Source: Syntrophorhabdaceae bacterium (GTDB lineage Bacteria; Desulfobacterota; Syntrophorhabdia; Syntrophorhabdales; Syntrophorhabdaceae). Taken from it: a DNA stretch of 64,000 bases. Location: positions 2,112,001-2,176,000 of the forward strand of contig OY762209.1 in NCBI GenBank assembly GCA_963665295.1, read 5' to 3'. The notes beneath the pieces are model-generated. The model worked only from the letters and a program-made list of their open reading frames with translations. It had not been told where the DNA came from and ran no database searches. Both the position numbers and the translations under genes were made by a program. Below are positions 37,060 to 46,429 of this stretch, piece after piece (the stretch's first letter is position 1; every line of letters begins with the position of its first letter).

Positions 37060-37802
37060 GACGGAGGAGGAGAGAAGAGGAACAGGAAAACCACGAGCGG
37101 TGGCTGCTCACCTACGCCGACCTCATTACCCTGCTTCTGGCCTTTTTCATCATGATGTACACCCTGTCGAAGCAGGACGCTCAGAAATATGAAGAGGTCT
37201 CCGCCTATCTCAGGGCCATATTCACGGGCGGGACCGCGATCCTTCGCACGGGAAACGCGGCGGCGTCGGGGCCGGCGGTGAACGTGAATATCACACCCAC
37301 CGAGGCATCGAACGCCGAGATTATGCGGCAACTGGAGGAGGAAATACAGAGCGTGACCCCTCTGGAAGAAATGAAGCGGAATTTCTCCATTTTTGTGGAT
37401 GACCGCGGCATTGTGGTCCGCGCCCTGGATAAGGAATACTTCGACGAGGGCAAGGCGGACCTGAAGGAAAGGGCGAAAAATACCATCAGGAGGATAATTC
37501 CGATCCTCAAGAAGGTGAACAGGGGCGTCCGGATAGAGGGGCACACGGATAACGTCCCCATCAGCACCCAGGAATTCAAGTCCAATTGGGAGCTTTCCGT
37601 GAGAAGGGCCACGGAAGTGGTAAGATACATAATCGAGTGGGGAGGCTTTCCACCGGAACTGTTGTCCGCCGCAGGTTACGCCGAGTACAGGCCCCTTACC
37701 GAGAACACCAGTCCGGAAAACAGGGCCATGAACCGGAGAATAGAGATCATAATCGAAAAGCCGAACGGGAAGAATACAGGACGGATCGTGACCGGCCTGT
37801 AA
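37056..37802 (+). CDS. motB: flagellar stator B subunit
   Basis: WLLTYADLITLLLAFF; OmpA-like EGHTD, NWELS..RA, NRRIEI. Confidence 0.93.
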   Translation: MRRRRREEEQENHERWLLTYADLITLLLAFFIMMYTLSKQDAQKYEEVSAYLRAIFTGGTAILRTGNAAASGPAVNVNITPTEASNAEIMRQLEEEIQSVTPLEEMKRNFSIFVDDRGIVVRALDKEYFDEGKADLKERAKNTIRRIIPILKKVNRGVRIEGHTDNVPISTQEFKSNWELSVRRATEVVRYIIEWGGFPPELLSAAGYAEYRPLTENTSPENRAMNRRIEIIIEKPNGKNTGRIVTGL

Positions 37803-37890
37803 CGACGGTCATCCGGTGCGAAGGGCGCCGCTTATTTTCGGCAGGGTTTGGTTTTCTCTGTTTCCTGTGGTATATTGAGGGGGATTAAAT

Positions 37891-38187
37891 ATGGCGAGAG
37901 TTGTTCCAGATGACCTTCAACCGGGGATGGTATTGTCGAAGCCTGTGACGAATGCCAACGGCGTAGTCATGCTCGGAGAGGGCTCTGAGCTCACCGATGC
38001 GGTAATCGAGAAGATACGCGGTATGGACATGGACTATGTCTATGTGAAAGGAGCACCCGGGGATGATACGTCCCTGGAGCAGATACTCGCGGACCTCGAC
38101 AAACGCTTCAAGAGCGTGGAAGACGCCCCTTACATGGACGTGATAAAGAAGGCGGTCCGGGAACACATCGAGGCGCTGTATGGGTAA
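37891..38187 (+). CDS. small conserved-looking protein coupled to the HDOD gene
   Basis: DLQPGMVL...LGEGSELT resembles the N-terminal module of some HD-GYP proteins; overlaps the next gene. Confidence 0.7.
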   Translation: MARVVPDDLQPGMVLSKPVTNANGVVMLGEGSELTDAVIEKIRGMDMDYVYVKGAPGDDTSLEQILADLDKRFKSVEDAPYMDVIKKAVREHIEALYG

Positions 38188-39016
38188 TCTCGACCCCAGA
38201 GACCTGCGCAAAAAGATAGAGCTTCTCGAAACCCTGCCCACAATACCGAATGTTCTGAAGAAGCTCATCGCGGTTATCGAAAACCCCCGGACTTCCCTCC
38301 AGGAAGTGAGCAAGTTTATCTCCAATGACCCCGTTCTTACAATGCGGGTGCTCAAGATGGTGAATTCACCCATATACGGTTTTCCGGGCAGGATATCTTC
38401 CGTGTCCCAGGGTGTGGTGCTCCTCGGGCTTAATGTGGTAAAAGGACTGCTCCTCGGAGTTTCCGTGTTCGAACTCATGCAGAAGGCCATGATCGGTTTG
38501 TGGGAACATTCCCTTGGGTGCGCGGTCACGGCAAGGATTATCGCGAAGAGGAGGAGCATAAAGGAGTTTGAGGAAATTTTTGTGGCAGGGCTGCTCCATG
38601 ACCTGGGAAAGGTCATCCTTATTCTCCGGTTCCCCGTGGAGTACATGAAGTTCATGGAAGGGGCGGAACACGGAGACGCGGTGATCTGCAAGGCCGAAAA
38701 GGAAGTTTTCGGCGTAACCCACGCGGATGTGGCTATATGGCTCACGGAAAAATGGAGCTTTCCCAAGGGCCTTGTGGAGATCATAGGGAACCATCACCGG
38801 CCCGGTGTATCGAGATACGCCCGGGTGGAGACGGCAATCGTCCATATCTCGGATATCCTTGTAAGGGCTCGGGGACTGGGGTTCGCAGGAGACCATTCGG
38901 TGCCCGTGGTAAACCCGGGAGCATGGAAACTGCTCGGCCTTTCGGAAAAGGAACTGAGGGAAGTGCTGAAAGAGACTGAAGACGGTATGGAGACGGCGGG
39001 GGAGCTTTTCGTCTAA
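38180..39016 (+). CDS. HDOD domain protein
   Basis: LPTIP, DPVLT, VNSPIYG, LWEHS, GLLHDLGK, THADV. Confidence 0.92.
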   Translation: MGNLDPRDLRKKIELLETLPTIPNVLKKLIAVIENPRTSLQEVSKFISNDPVLTMRVLKMVNSPIYGFPGRISSVSQGVVLLGLNVVKGLLLGVSVFELMQKAMIGLWEHSLGCAVTARIIAKRRSIKEFEEIFVAGLLHDLGKVILILRFPVEYMKFMEGAEHGDAVICKAEKEVFGVTHADVAIWLTEKWSFPKGLVEIIGNHHRPGVSRYARVETAIVHISDILVRARGLGFAGDHSVPVVNPGAWKLLGLSEKELREVLKETEDGMETAGELFV

Positions 39017-39028
39017 GCTCTTGATTAT

Positions 39029-39952
39029 ATGAAGACAATCGTACTTATTTCACGGGACACCGGCCTGACGGATATGATCGAGAGGATCCTTCGGAAGTCG
39101 TACCGGATCGTTATTTTCAGCACCATGCAATCCGCCCTTGACCATGTATACAATTCCACGCCTGCCTTGATGGTGACGGACATTGACTTTAATGACCGTT
39201 TCGAGATTAACATCCTCAATTACATGAAAGAGAACCCCATTTTCAGCCAGTTGCCCGTTCTTGCCCTTCTGGGGGATACGCTCCCTGCCACGCGCCGCTG
39301 GAAGGACATTCTGGTGGAGGATTACCTCCGGCGGTCCGACGTTGAAAGGGACCTTGCGTACAGGGTGGACCTCTGCGTTCTCAGGTCCGAGAGGGTCATG
39401 GAGATCAACCCTCTTACCAGGCTTCCCGGCAACATCGCCATAAACAAGCAAATCCAGGGCAGGCTTGACAGAAGCAGGAGATTCGCCCTTGCCTACGCCG
39501 ACCTCGACCATTTCAAGCCTTTCAATGATTACTATGGCTTCAGTCGCGGTGACGACGTGCTCAAGATGACGGGAAGGCTTATCCTGAACACGGTCAAGGG
39601 ACGGCAGCCGAAGGGGAGTTTTGTCGGTCACATAGGAGGAGATGATTTTGTGTTTATCATGGACTTGAGCCTTGTGGAACAAACCGCCGAGGAGATTGTG
39701 GATACCTTCGACAGGATCGTGCCCACTTTTTACGATGCCCAGGATAAGGACAGGAAATCGATACGGTCCCTCGACCGGCAGGGGAATATGAGAAAATTCA
39801 GCATAATAAGCGTTTCCATCGGCATAGCTCACAATAAATACCGGTCCTTCACACATTACGGCGAGTTGACGGAAATTGCATCGGAACTGAAAGGGCACGC
39901 GAAGCGTCACAAGGGGAGTTGCTACAGGCTGGACAAGCGCCAGGAGCCGTGA
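39029..39952 (+). CDS. degenerate REC + GGDEF-family diguanylate cyclase
   Basis: NPLTRLPGN, DLDHFKPFNDYYG, HIGGDDF. Confidence 0.9.
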   Translation: MKTIVLISRDTGLTDMIERILRKSYRIVIFSTMQSALDHVYNSTPALMVTDIDFNDRFEINILNYMKENPIFSQLPVLALLGDTLPATRRWKDILVEDYLRRSDVERDLAYRVDLCVLRSERVMEINPLTRLPGNIAINKQIQGRLDRSRRFALAYADLDHFKPFNDYYGFSRGDDVLKMTGRLILNTVKGRQPKGSFVGHIGGDDFVFIMDLSLVEQTAEEIVDTFDRIVPTFYDAQDKDRKSIRSLDRQGNMRKFSIISVSIGIAHNKYRSFTHYGELTEIASELKGHAKRHKGSCYRLDKRQEP

Positions 39953-40010
39953 TGCCGCCTCCTTCGCGGACGACCTTGATGGGGCCCACCGAGTATGGTA
40001 ATCGGAACGG

Positions 40011-41189
40011 GTGATGCCCAACCTCACTCACCCTTTCAGGCTGTTCAGGGAAATCCTCATCGGGCGGTTTCTCGCGCGTCCGAACCGGTTCCTCGTGCGA
40101 TGCGAACTTGACGGCGTGACAGTGGACGCCTTTCTCCCGAATCCCGGACGGCTTCAGGAACTATTTCTGCCGGATTCACGCCTTTATCTGACCCGGGCCG
40201 CACCTTCAGACCGGCGAAGGACGGTTTTTACCGTGGTGGCAGTGGAACGGGACTGCCTGCCGGTCATGCTCCATACCCATCTCACCAACGACGTGGCCCG
40301 TCATCTCATCGAGGAGGGCAAAGTCCCCGGTTTCGAGGATGCCCGAATCGTGAGGGCCGAGGCGCCTGTGGGCCACAGCAGGTTCGATTTCCTCCTTACG
40401 GACGGGGAGAGGGAGACCTACCTCGAAGTGAAATCGTGCACTCTCGTGGGAAGAGAGGTGGCCATGTTCCCTGATGCAGTTACCGCACGGGGGGCCAGGC
40501 ATTTGAGCGAGCTTCGCGACCTTTCACGGAAAGGCATCAAAACGGCGGTTCTTTTCGTGGTCCACTGGCCGTTTGCACGGGTCTTCATGCCCGATTACCA
40601 TACGGACCTCACCTTTGCCCGGACTCTCCTCGACGTGCGCCGTGACGTAAAGATAATCCCCCTGGCGGTGAGATGGCGACACGACCTTTCCATGGACGAA
40701 GAAGTGAGGCTTCTCGACATTCCCTGGGATTATATCGAAAAGGAGGCCCATGACAGGGGGAGCTACCTTTTGGTCCTCAAACTTCCCGGGGATAGGCCGA
40801 TAACGGTGGGGAGCCTCGGAAAGGTATTATTCAAGAAAGGGTTTTATGTCTACGTAGGCTCGGCCATGGCCAACCTGGAGAAGAGATTGCAGCGGCACAT
40901 GAGGCTGAGGAAACACAATCACCGGCATATCGATGAGTTGAGGGCCGTGTCGGAGGTGCGGGCGGAGTTGGCCATCCGTTCCTCGGTGCGTCTGGAATGC
41001 GATATTGCCGGGGCAATGAGCCTTATCGCCGGACGTCCGGTACGCGGCTTCGGATCTTCCGACTGCGCTTGTGAGACCCACCTCTTCCACATGGAACAGG
41101 ACCCCCTGGACATGAGGTCCTTTCATAACGTGCTCGAGTTCTTCAGGATGGACCGGTACAGGGACCCGTCGGGTTGCCCTTTGTGCTGA
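40011..41189 (+). CDS. sfsA: SfsA nuclease fused to a GIY-YIG-like (DUF123) domain
   Basis: RPNRF, PNPGRL, SRFDF, EVKSCTL, FPDAVTARG; C-terminal GSY..YVYVGSA..HID..GFGSSDC.C. Confidence 0.88.
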   Translation: MMPNLTHPFRLFREILIGRFLARPNRFLVRCELDGVTVDAFLPNPGRLQELFLPDSRLYLTRAAPSDRRRTVFTVVAVERDCLPVMLHTHLTNDVARHLIEEGKVPGFEDARIVRAEAPVGHSRFDFLLTDGERETYLEVKSCTLVGREVAMFPDAVTARGARHLSELRDLSRKGIKTAVLFVVHWPFARVFMPDYHTDLTFARTLLDVRRDVKIIPLAVRWRHDLSMDEEVRLLDIPWDYIEKEAHDRGSYLLVLKLPGDRPITVGSLGKVLFKKGFYVYVGSAMANLEKRLQRHMRLRKHNHRHIDELRAVSEVRAELAIRSSVRLECDIAGAMSLIAGRPVRGFGSSDCACETHLFHMEQDPLDMRSFHNVLEFFRMDRYRDPSGCPLC

Positions 41190-41327
41190 CGTGACCCTGT
41201 ACCCGCCGGTTTTCCGACCGGACAGCCTTCAAAAAGGAGGGCAGCCACGACATAATTCCCTTTCCACTACACGGCATAAGCTGGTAGAATTGGACCTTTG
41301 TAAACCGTTTTTTCAGGAGGGGTGAAA

Positions 41328-42071
41328 ATGAAGGTAGTCTTTCTCGGGACAAATGGATGGTACGATACGGACACGGGTAACACGGTATCCATGGTGATCG
41401 ATGCGCCGGACGCCGTGATTATCCTCGACGCAGGATACGGCCTTGCCAAACTCGACCGGTATGTCTCCCTCGACAGACCGGCATTTCTTTTTTTGAGCCA
41501 CCTTCACCTCGACCATATCGTGGGGCTCCACGTGGTGACTTCCTTCGATTTTGCGCAGGGCCTCTCCATATGCGGCCCGGACGGCTTTGCGCCCATCCTG
41601 AACAGGGTACTGGACGTCCCCTTTACCGTGCCGGCGAGGGATTTCAACTTCGAAGTGACATTTATGGACCTTAGCCGCGAAGCAGGTTCCCTGCCTTTCA
41701 AGGTAAAGGCCCTTCCCCTTGTTCATTCCGTGCCCACGTCGGGCTACCGGTTCGAGATACACGGGAAGACCGTTACTTACGTGGGGGATACGGGATATTG
41801 CGAGAACGCGGTGGAACTGGCAAGGAACACCGACCTTCTCATTACGGAATGCGCTTACCGGTCCGGGCAGGAGAATCCTGCATGGCCCCATCTCAATCCC
41901 GAGACTGCCGCCCTCATCGCAAAGGAAGGGGACGCCGGGCAACTGGCCCTGGTCCATTTTGACGCGCGGATGTACCCGACTCTCGCCCACAGGCGCGCCG
42001 CCGAGGCATCCGCCCGGAAGGTCTTCCCCCGTACGACGGCGGCCATGGATGGCATGGTCCTTGAGATTTAG
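41328..42071 (+). CDS. metallo-beta-lactamase-fold hydrolase (RNase Z-like)
   Basis: FLGTNG, LDAG, SHLHLDH, GDTG, HL, LVHF. Confidence 0.87.
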   Translation: MKVVFLGTNGWYDTDTGNTVSMVIDAPDAVIILDAGYGLAKLDRYVSLDRPAFLFLSHLHLDHIVGLHVVTSFDFAQGLSICGPDGFAPILNRVLDVPFTVPARDFNFEVTFMDLSREAGSLPFKVKALPLVHSVPTSGYRFEIHGKTVTYVGDTGYCENAVELARNTDLLITECAYRSGQENPAWPHLNPETAALIAKEGDAGQLALVHFDARMYPTLAHRRAAEASARKVFPRTTAAMDGMVLEI

Positions 42072-42105
42072 GGATGGTTCCGCTCAATTGTATGACGTGA
42101 CGAAA

Positions 42106-42714
42106 TCAGTCGAGCAGGATATCTTCGAGGGCGTATCTCTTGCGGGGCTCCGGAGATTCATCGGGATACCCCACGGGGAGGAGGGCCACCACGTAAATCA
42201 TATCATCCCAGCCGAAGATGTCCTTCACCTTCTGCCCGTCCACCAACCGTATCCAGCATGTGCCGAGGCCGAAATCCAACGCCCGGAGCACCATGTGCTC
42301 CACCGCGATGGCCACGTTCAGGGCGAGGGCGGGACCAAGCTGCTCTATCCCCACGTTCTTCAGTTCATCGGCCCTTTTCAGAATTATCTCTACGATACGG
42401 TCCTCGATGGCGCCGATCCTTCCAAGGTCCTGCGTCCCTGAAACGGTACCGTTGAGATAGCCCCTGATATCGGCACAGCAGACAAGCACCACGGGGGCGC
42501 CCGCGATAAACGACTGGCCGTATGCCGCATGGGCGAGCCTTTCCCGCGTCTCCATGTCTTTCACGATCTTAAAACGCCAGGGCTGGGCATTGCAGCCCGA
42601 CGGCGCGAGGCGGGCGGCGTCGAGCAATGCCGCGACATGTTCGTCGGGAACAGGGTCCGGTTTGAACTTTCTGATGCTGCGCCTTGCTTCTATCGCATCC
42701 TTGACGGTAAACAT
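42106..42714 (-). CDS. nitroreductase family protein
   Basis: RRSIRKF, APSGCNAQPWRF, GLGTCWI, VGYPDE. Confidence 0.92.
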   Translation of the reverse strand: MFTVKDAIEARRSIRKFKPDPVPDEHVAALLDAARLAPSGCNAQPWRFKIVKDMETRERLAHAAYGQSFIAGAPVVLVCCADIRGYLNGTVSGTQDLGRIGAIEDRIVEIILKRADELKNVGIEQLGPALALNVAIAVEHMVLRALDFGLGTCWIRLVDGQKVKDIFGWDDMIYVVALLPVGYPDESPEPRKRYALEDILLD

Positions 42715-42945
42715 TATTATCTCATATCCCTTCCCCCTCCAATGAGAGGGGCCTTTGTCGCCGTGCCCGCCGTCGAAGAGGCGGGACTCCGCCGCGAAGG
42801 CCGTCACCACATGGTCTTGACGAATTTCACCATAATAAGAATAATAAGGAAAAGCAGATAGATCTGGAGAAAGAAGAGGGCAATCTTGGTCATCCGTGTC
42901 GTCTTAATTCGCGGCATACTTCACCTCACCTTCGGGCAACGACCT

Positions 42946-44217
42946 TTAGCCGAGGCCGTGCATGATATCGCTGTGGTGGATAACCCCGAGCAGATGATCC
43001 TCGGTGTCGACCACCGGTATGGTCCGGTAATGATACTTGTCAAACAACTCGATAAGGTCCTCCCTTGTGTCGTCCTCTTCGGCCGACACTACAGAGGGGG
43101 CCATCAGTTCGTCCAGGGAAACATGGTCTTCCGCGAGGACCAGATCGCGGAGGTCTACTACGCCGATCAGGATGTTTTGTTCCCCCACCACATAGATGTA
43201 GGAGATCGCTTTCGACTCGGGATGGAGATTGCGGATATGCAACACCGCCTCTCCCACCGTGATTTCCTTAGGGAATGTCACATAGTCGCCGGACATGAGT
43301 TCCGTGGTGGTTACCTCGCGTTCGGACAGTATCCTCTCCAGCCTTAGCGCCCGGTCTCCCGGGAGAAGGTCGAGGAGTTTCTCCCTCTCTTCGAGAGGCA
43401 GTACGGAAAGCAGGTCCGACAACTGAGGTACGGAAAGTTCCGACATAATGGTTTGGGCCCGTTCCCTTCGGAGGTTGGCCACAAGTTGCCGTTTGGCCCG
43501 GGGCTCCGCATGGGCGAGAGTTTCCGCCGCTTTTTCGGAATCCAGGGCGGAAAAGAAGGCCTCCTGCTGGTCTCCCGAAAGCATTTCGAGGACGTCCGCC
43601 AGGTCTTCGCCGGGCATTTCCAGGGCTTGGTCCCTCTTGACCGAGAGGGTTACCACGTCGGTAGTGGTAACGTCTTCCACGGAAAAAGGCTGGACGAACT
43701 TCCAGGGTATCAGCCGGTCCTTCATCCACCGGATCCTTCCGAGTCCCCATTTTCTCATGAACCCGTTAAACGAAACATCCACATGGACGATGATCATGCG
43801 ACCCTTGGAAAAGAGAAGATGCACGTCATTCACCACTTCCACCTTCCGTCCATCCGTATCGAGGATCGTCCGTCCCATGAGATGCTGATCGAGAAGCACC
43901 CATTCCGGCTGGTCCACAAACGGGGGGTATGTGTCGCCCCCTGCGGGCGGCTTCACCACGATCTTGTCCCGGTCGATTCTCACGACTTTGTCCCAGGGCA
44001 CGAACTCGGTGGGTTTTCCCCATCCGTGTTCAAGATAGATGCCCACTGCCTGGGGATGGGGCTCTGTAAGGTGAAACACGAGGTCCGAGAGTTTTTCGAG
44101 TCGTTTCCCCGTCTCGCCGACGTTGACAGGTCGTCCCAGAAGCTCTGAAAACCAGAGAAACTCGAAGTCCTGCAACTGAGCGGCGGACTTTCCATTGGCA
44201 GTTTGTGAAGTATTCAT
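42946..44217 (-). CDS. soluble MgtE-like protein (PRC-barrel-like repeats, MgtE N-terminal region, CBS pair; no membrane domain)
   Basis: ILDTDGRKV..VND; DLADVLE helical region; YIYVV..GVVDLRDL and PVVD..LLGVI CBS motifs. Confidence 0.82.
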   Translation of the reverse strand: MNTSQTANGKSAAQLQDFEFLWFSELLGRPVNVGETGKRLEKLSDLVFHLTEPHPQAVGIYLEHGWGKPTEFVPWDKVVRIDRDKIVVKPPAGGDTYPPFVDQPEWVLLDQHLMGRTILDTDGRKVEVVNDVHLLFSKGRMIIVHVDVSFNGFMRKWGLGRIRWMKDRLIPWKFVQPFSVEDVTTTDVVTLSVKRDQALEMPGEDLADVLEMLSGDQQEAFFSALDSEKAAETLAHAEPRAKRQLVANLRRERAQTIMSELSVPQLSDLLSVLPLEEREKLLDLLPGDRALRLERILSEREVTTTELMSGDYVTFPKEITVGEAVLHIRNLHPESKAISYIYVVGEQNILIGVVDLRDLVLAEDHVSLDELMAPSVVSAEEDDTREDLIELFDKYHYRTIPVVDTEDHLLGVIHHSDIMHGLG

Positions 44218-44227
44218 TGATATCCTC

Positions 44228-45544
44228 CTAACCTTGCCCGAAAAGTCCGGGGAAAAGAACCGAAATGCCGAACACGGAAGACATGACGATCACAAAAAGG
44301 GTGATAGTCCAGTTCGCGATATTTTGCCATAATGTATTCTTGTGTTCGCCCATCAACTGCTCGTCATTGAGAAGCAGAATAAGGAACATGAGCGCCGCCG
44401 GCAGCAAGGTTACCGCGACGACCTGAACGAACATGGTGATTGTAATGAGCGGGGCCCCCGGAATAAGTACGACCGCACCCGATGTCGCGAGGCCGAGAAG
44501 ATAGATAACGTAGAACCATGGAGCGTCTTTCACGCCCTTATTGAGCGAATGGGCCCAGCCGAACACCTCGCCCACGGCCCAGGAAGTGGAAAGGGATATA
44601 CAGAGCGCCCCGAGGAACCCTGCGTCGAAGAGGCCGATGGCAAAAAGAGCCCTTGCCCATGCGCCCTTGCCGAGGGGCAGGAGGGGCACGATGGCATCGG
44701 CGGTCTGTCTCGCATCTTCCACCAGGATAGGGGGATGATGGTAGAAGAAAGCAGCGCCCGTGGTGATGATAATAAATACCGCCACAAGGCAGGTGAAAAA
44801 GGCGCCCGCAAAGGTATCGATCTTGCCGTATTTGATATCCTTGATATCAATGCCTTTGTCCACGACCGCACTTTGCTGGAAGAATATCTGCCACGGCGTG
44901 ATCGTGGTCCCGATGTTGGCCATAATGATGAAGATGAGGTCGGAAGTAAGCCCCTGGGGGAAAGTGGGGCAATAAAAGCCCTTGAATACCTCTCCCCACG
45001 CCGGCGCGCTCCCGGTTTTCATCGCCCAGAACGCTGCGGGAATATAGACAAAGTTGAAGCCGCAGAACAACAGAGTGATCTTCTCAAACGTCCAGTATTT
45101 GCCTGAAAGTACCACTGCCATCAGGATGAGGGTTACCGCCACAAAAGTTATAAGGGGAGGTATCCCGAAGATGCTCATGGCAGCGGTCATGCCTATATAC
45201 TCCGTCACAAGGGTCAGCCAGTTTACGATGGCCAAATCTATGAGGGAGAACCAGCCCCAGAGAGGCCCGAAGCCGTCGAAGATGGCCTCGGCATGGCCCC
45301 GCTTCGTGACGGCGCCGAGCCTGACGGTCATCTCCTGGATGTAATAGGCCATGGGAACAAGTATGTAAAAGGCCCAGAGGAGATTGAACCCGTATTTTGC
45401 CCCTGTGACCGAGTAGGTCGAAATGCCCCCCGCGTCGTTGTCCGCTATCATGGTGATGATGCCGGGACCCAGAATGGTCAAAAAAAGTATCAACCGGGTA
45501 CGGAACCGTCCCAGGCGATGTATGGTTTTGCTGATCCAATACAT
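44228..45544 (-). CDS. NRAMP/SLC11-family divalent cation transporter, Mg-type variant
   Basis: GPG..DNDAGG in TM1 and GTTITPWQIFFQ in TM6, replacing DPGN and MPH; many hydrophobic segments. Confidence 0.88.
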   Translation of the reverse strand: MYWISKTIHRLGRFRTRLILFLTILGPGIITMIADNDAGGISTYSVTGAKYGFNLLWAFYILVPMAYYIQEMTVRLGAVTKRGHAEAIFDGFGPLWGWFSLIDLAIVNWLTLVTEYIGMTAAMSIFGIPPLITFVAVTLILMAVVLSGKYWTFEKITLLFCGFNFVYIPAAFWAMKTGSAPAWGEVFKGFYCPTFPQGLTSDLIFIIMANIGTTITPWQIFFQQSAVVDKGIDIKDIKYGKIDTFAGAFFTCLVAVFIIITTGAAFFYHHPPILVEDARQTADAIVPLLPLGKGAWARALFAIGLFDAGFLGALCISLSTSWAVGEVFGWAHSLNKGVKDAPWFYVIYLLGLATSGAVVLIPGAPLITITMFVQVVAVTLLPAALMFLILLLNDEQLMGEHKNTLWQNIANWTITLFVIVMSSVFGISVLFPGLFGQG

Positions 45545-45666
45545 AAACTGTTCCCCTTGAAGATTCAGTCAGCTGCTGTTATGCGTTTTTTAGGTTGAAG
45601 CAATTTGTGTGGCCTGATCCGCTCCAAGGCATCGTGCCCGGTGCAGGAAGAGGCCGGTATGGTGAG

Positions 45667-45747
45667 TTATAGAGGCCGTGCGTCCTGGAGCGGGGGCGAT
45701 TCGCTGCTCAGTTCAAACCACTGGTGACCGCTAGGGTCGTCATCCAT
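45667..45747 (-). CDS. putative 26-aa leader peptide MDDDPSGHQWFELSSESPPLQDARPL
   Basis: AAGAGGTGG RBS 8 nt upstream of ATG; lies between a strong promoter and the transporter gene. Confidence 0.65.
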   Translation of the reverse strand: MDDDPSGHQWFELSSESPPLQDARPL

Positions 45748-45789
45748 GATCCTGTCCACCTCTTTTCTTAGTAAGATACCAACGAACTG

Positions 45790-45818
45790 ATTTTAAGACT
45801 ATGGGGCCATACTGTCAA
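45790..45818 (-). promoter_or_regulatory. sigma70 promoter of the leader/transporter operon
   Basis: Minus strand TTGACA-17-TAAAAT. Confidence 0.8.
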
Positions 45819-45889
45819 GTGAAAAATGCCCGTACCCCGTAGGGCCTTGATCCATAAGGAAGGGCTGCGGTGACCGCGCCTGCCGGACC

Positions 45890-46345
45890 TTACTTCCTGT
45901 TCGCCAGGGCTGCCCTCAACTCATAGATCTTATTCATTAACGTGGCGGGAGAAGTGACCAGTTTGAACTGTTTCCTGGTCCCGTCCTTACATATGAGGCG
46001 CACCTTGCCGAAATCGAGGAGCTTGCCCAGGGCTGGCTGATACACATCGACGGTCCCCACGATATCGAGGGGGATGGTGATGGTCTTGCGCCACGGAAAT
46101 CCCGGATATACAAGGAAGGCATCATCCGTGAGCCGGAACTCCGATGTCTGGAAGTTGAGCCACGAAACGACAATCCACGCGACGGACAGAAGGACGAGCG
46201 CCCATGCCTGAGCCCCCTTGGAAGGGGTTTCAAGCCCTGCGAAGAGGAGGAGCAGAAATGGAGGGAGCACTACCGCCCAGTGGCGTTTCGTGATATAGGC
46301 GGCATCGCCGCCGGCAATACCCATGTGTCCTGTATCGGGGTCCAT
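45890..46345 (-). CDS. membrane protein with a bacterial PH domain
   Basis: RHW, two TM segments, SEFRLT..GF, Q..LGKLLDFGKV. Confidence 0.72.
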   Translation of the reverse strand: MDPDTGHMGIAGGDAAYITKRHWAVVLPPFLLLLFAGLETPSKGAQAWALVLLSVAWIVVSWLNFQTSEFRLTDDAFLVYPGFPWRKTITIPLDIVGTVDVYQPALGKLLDFGKVRLICKDGTRKQFKLVTSPATLMNKIYELRAALANRK

Positions 46346-46429
46346 TGCGCCATCGTATCAGATGGACCACCCATTGTCAAGCGTCGGGAATCGGAAGGGC
46401 GGCGGGGGGACCATTTTCTCAATAAAGGA

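Noticed and set aside
45628..45639. GGGCACGATGCC shared between this leader (minus strand) and the fliC leader
   Set aside because: A 12-nt mini-hairpin match; chance cannot be excluded
45545..45790. M-box or yybP-ykoY riboswitch upstream of the transporter
   Set aside because: No recognisable consensus; the leader ORF explains the region better
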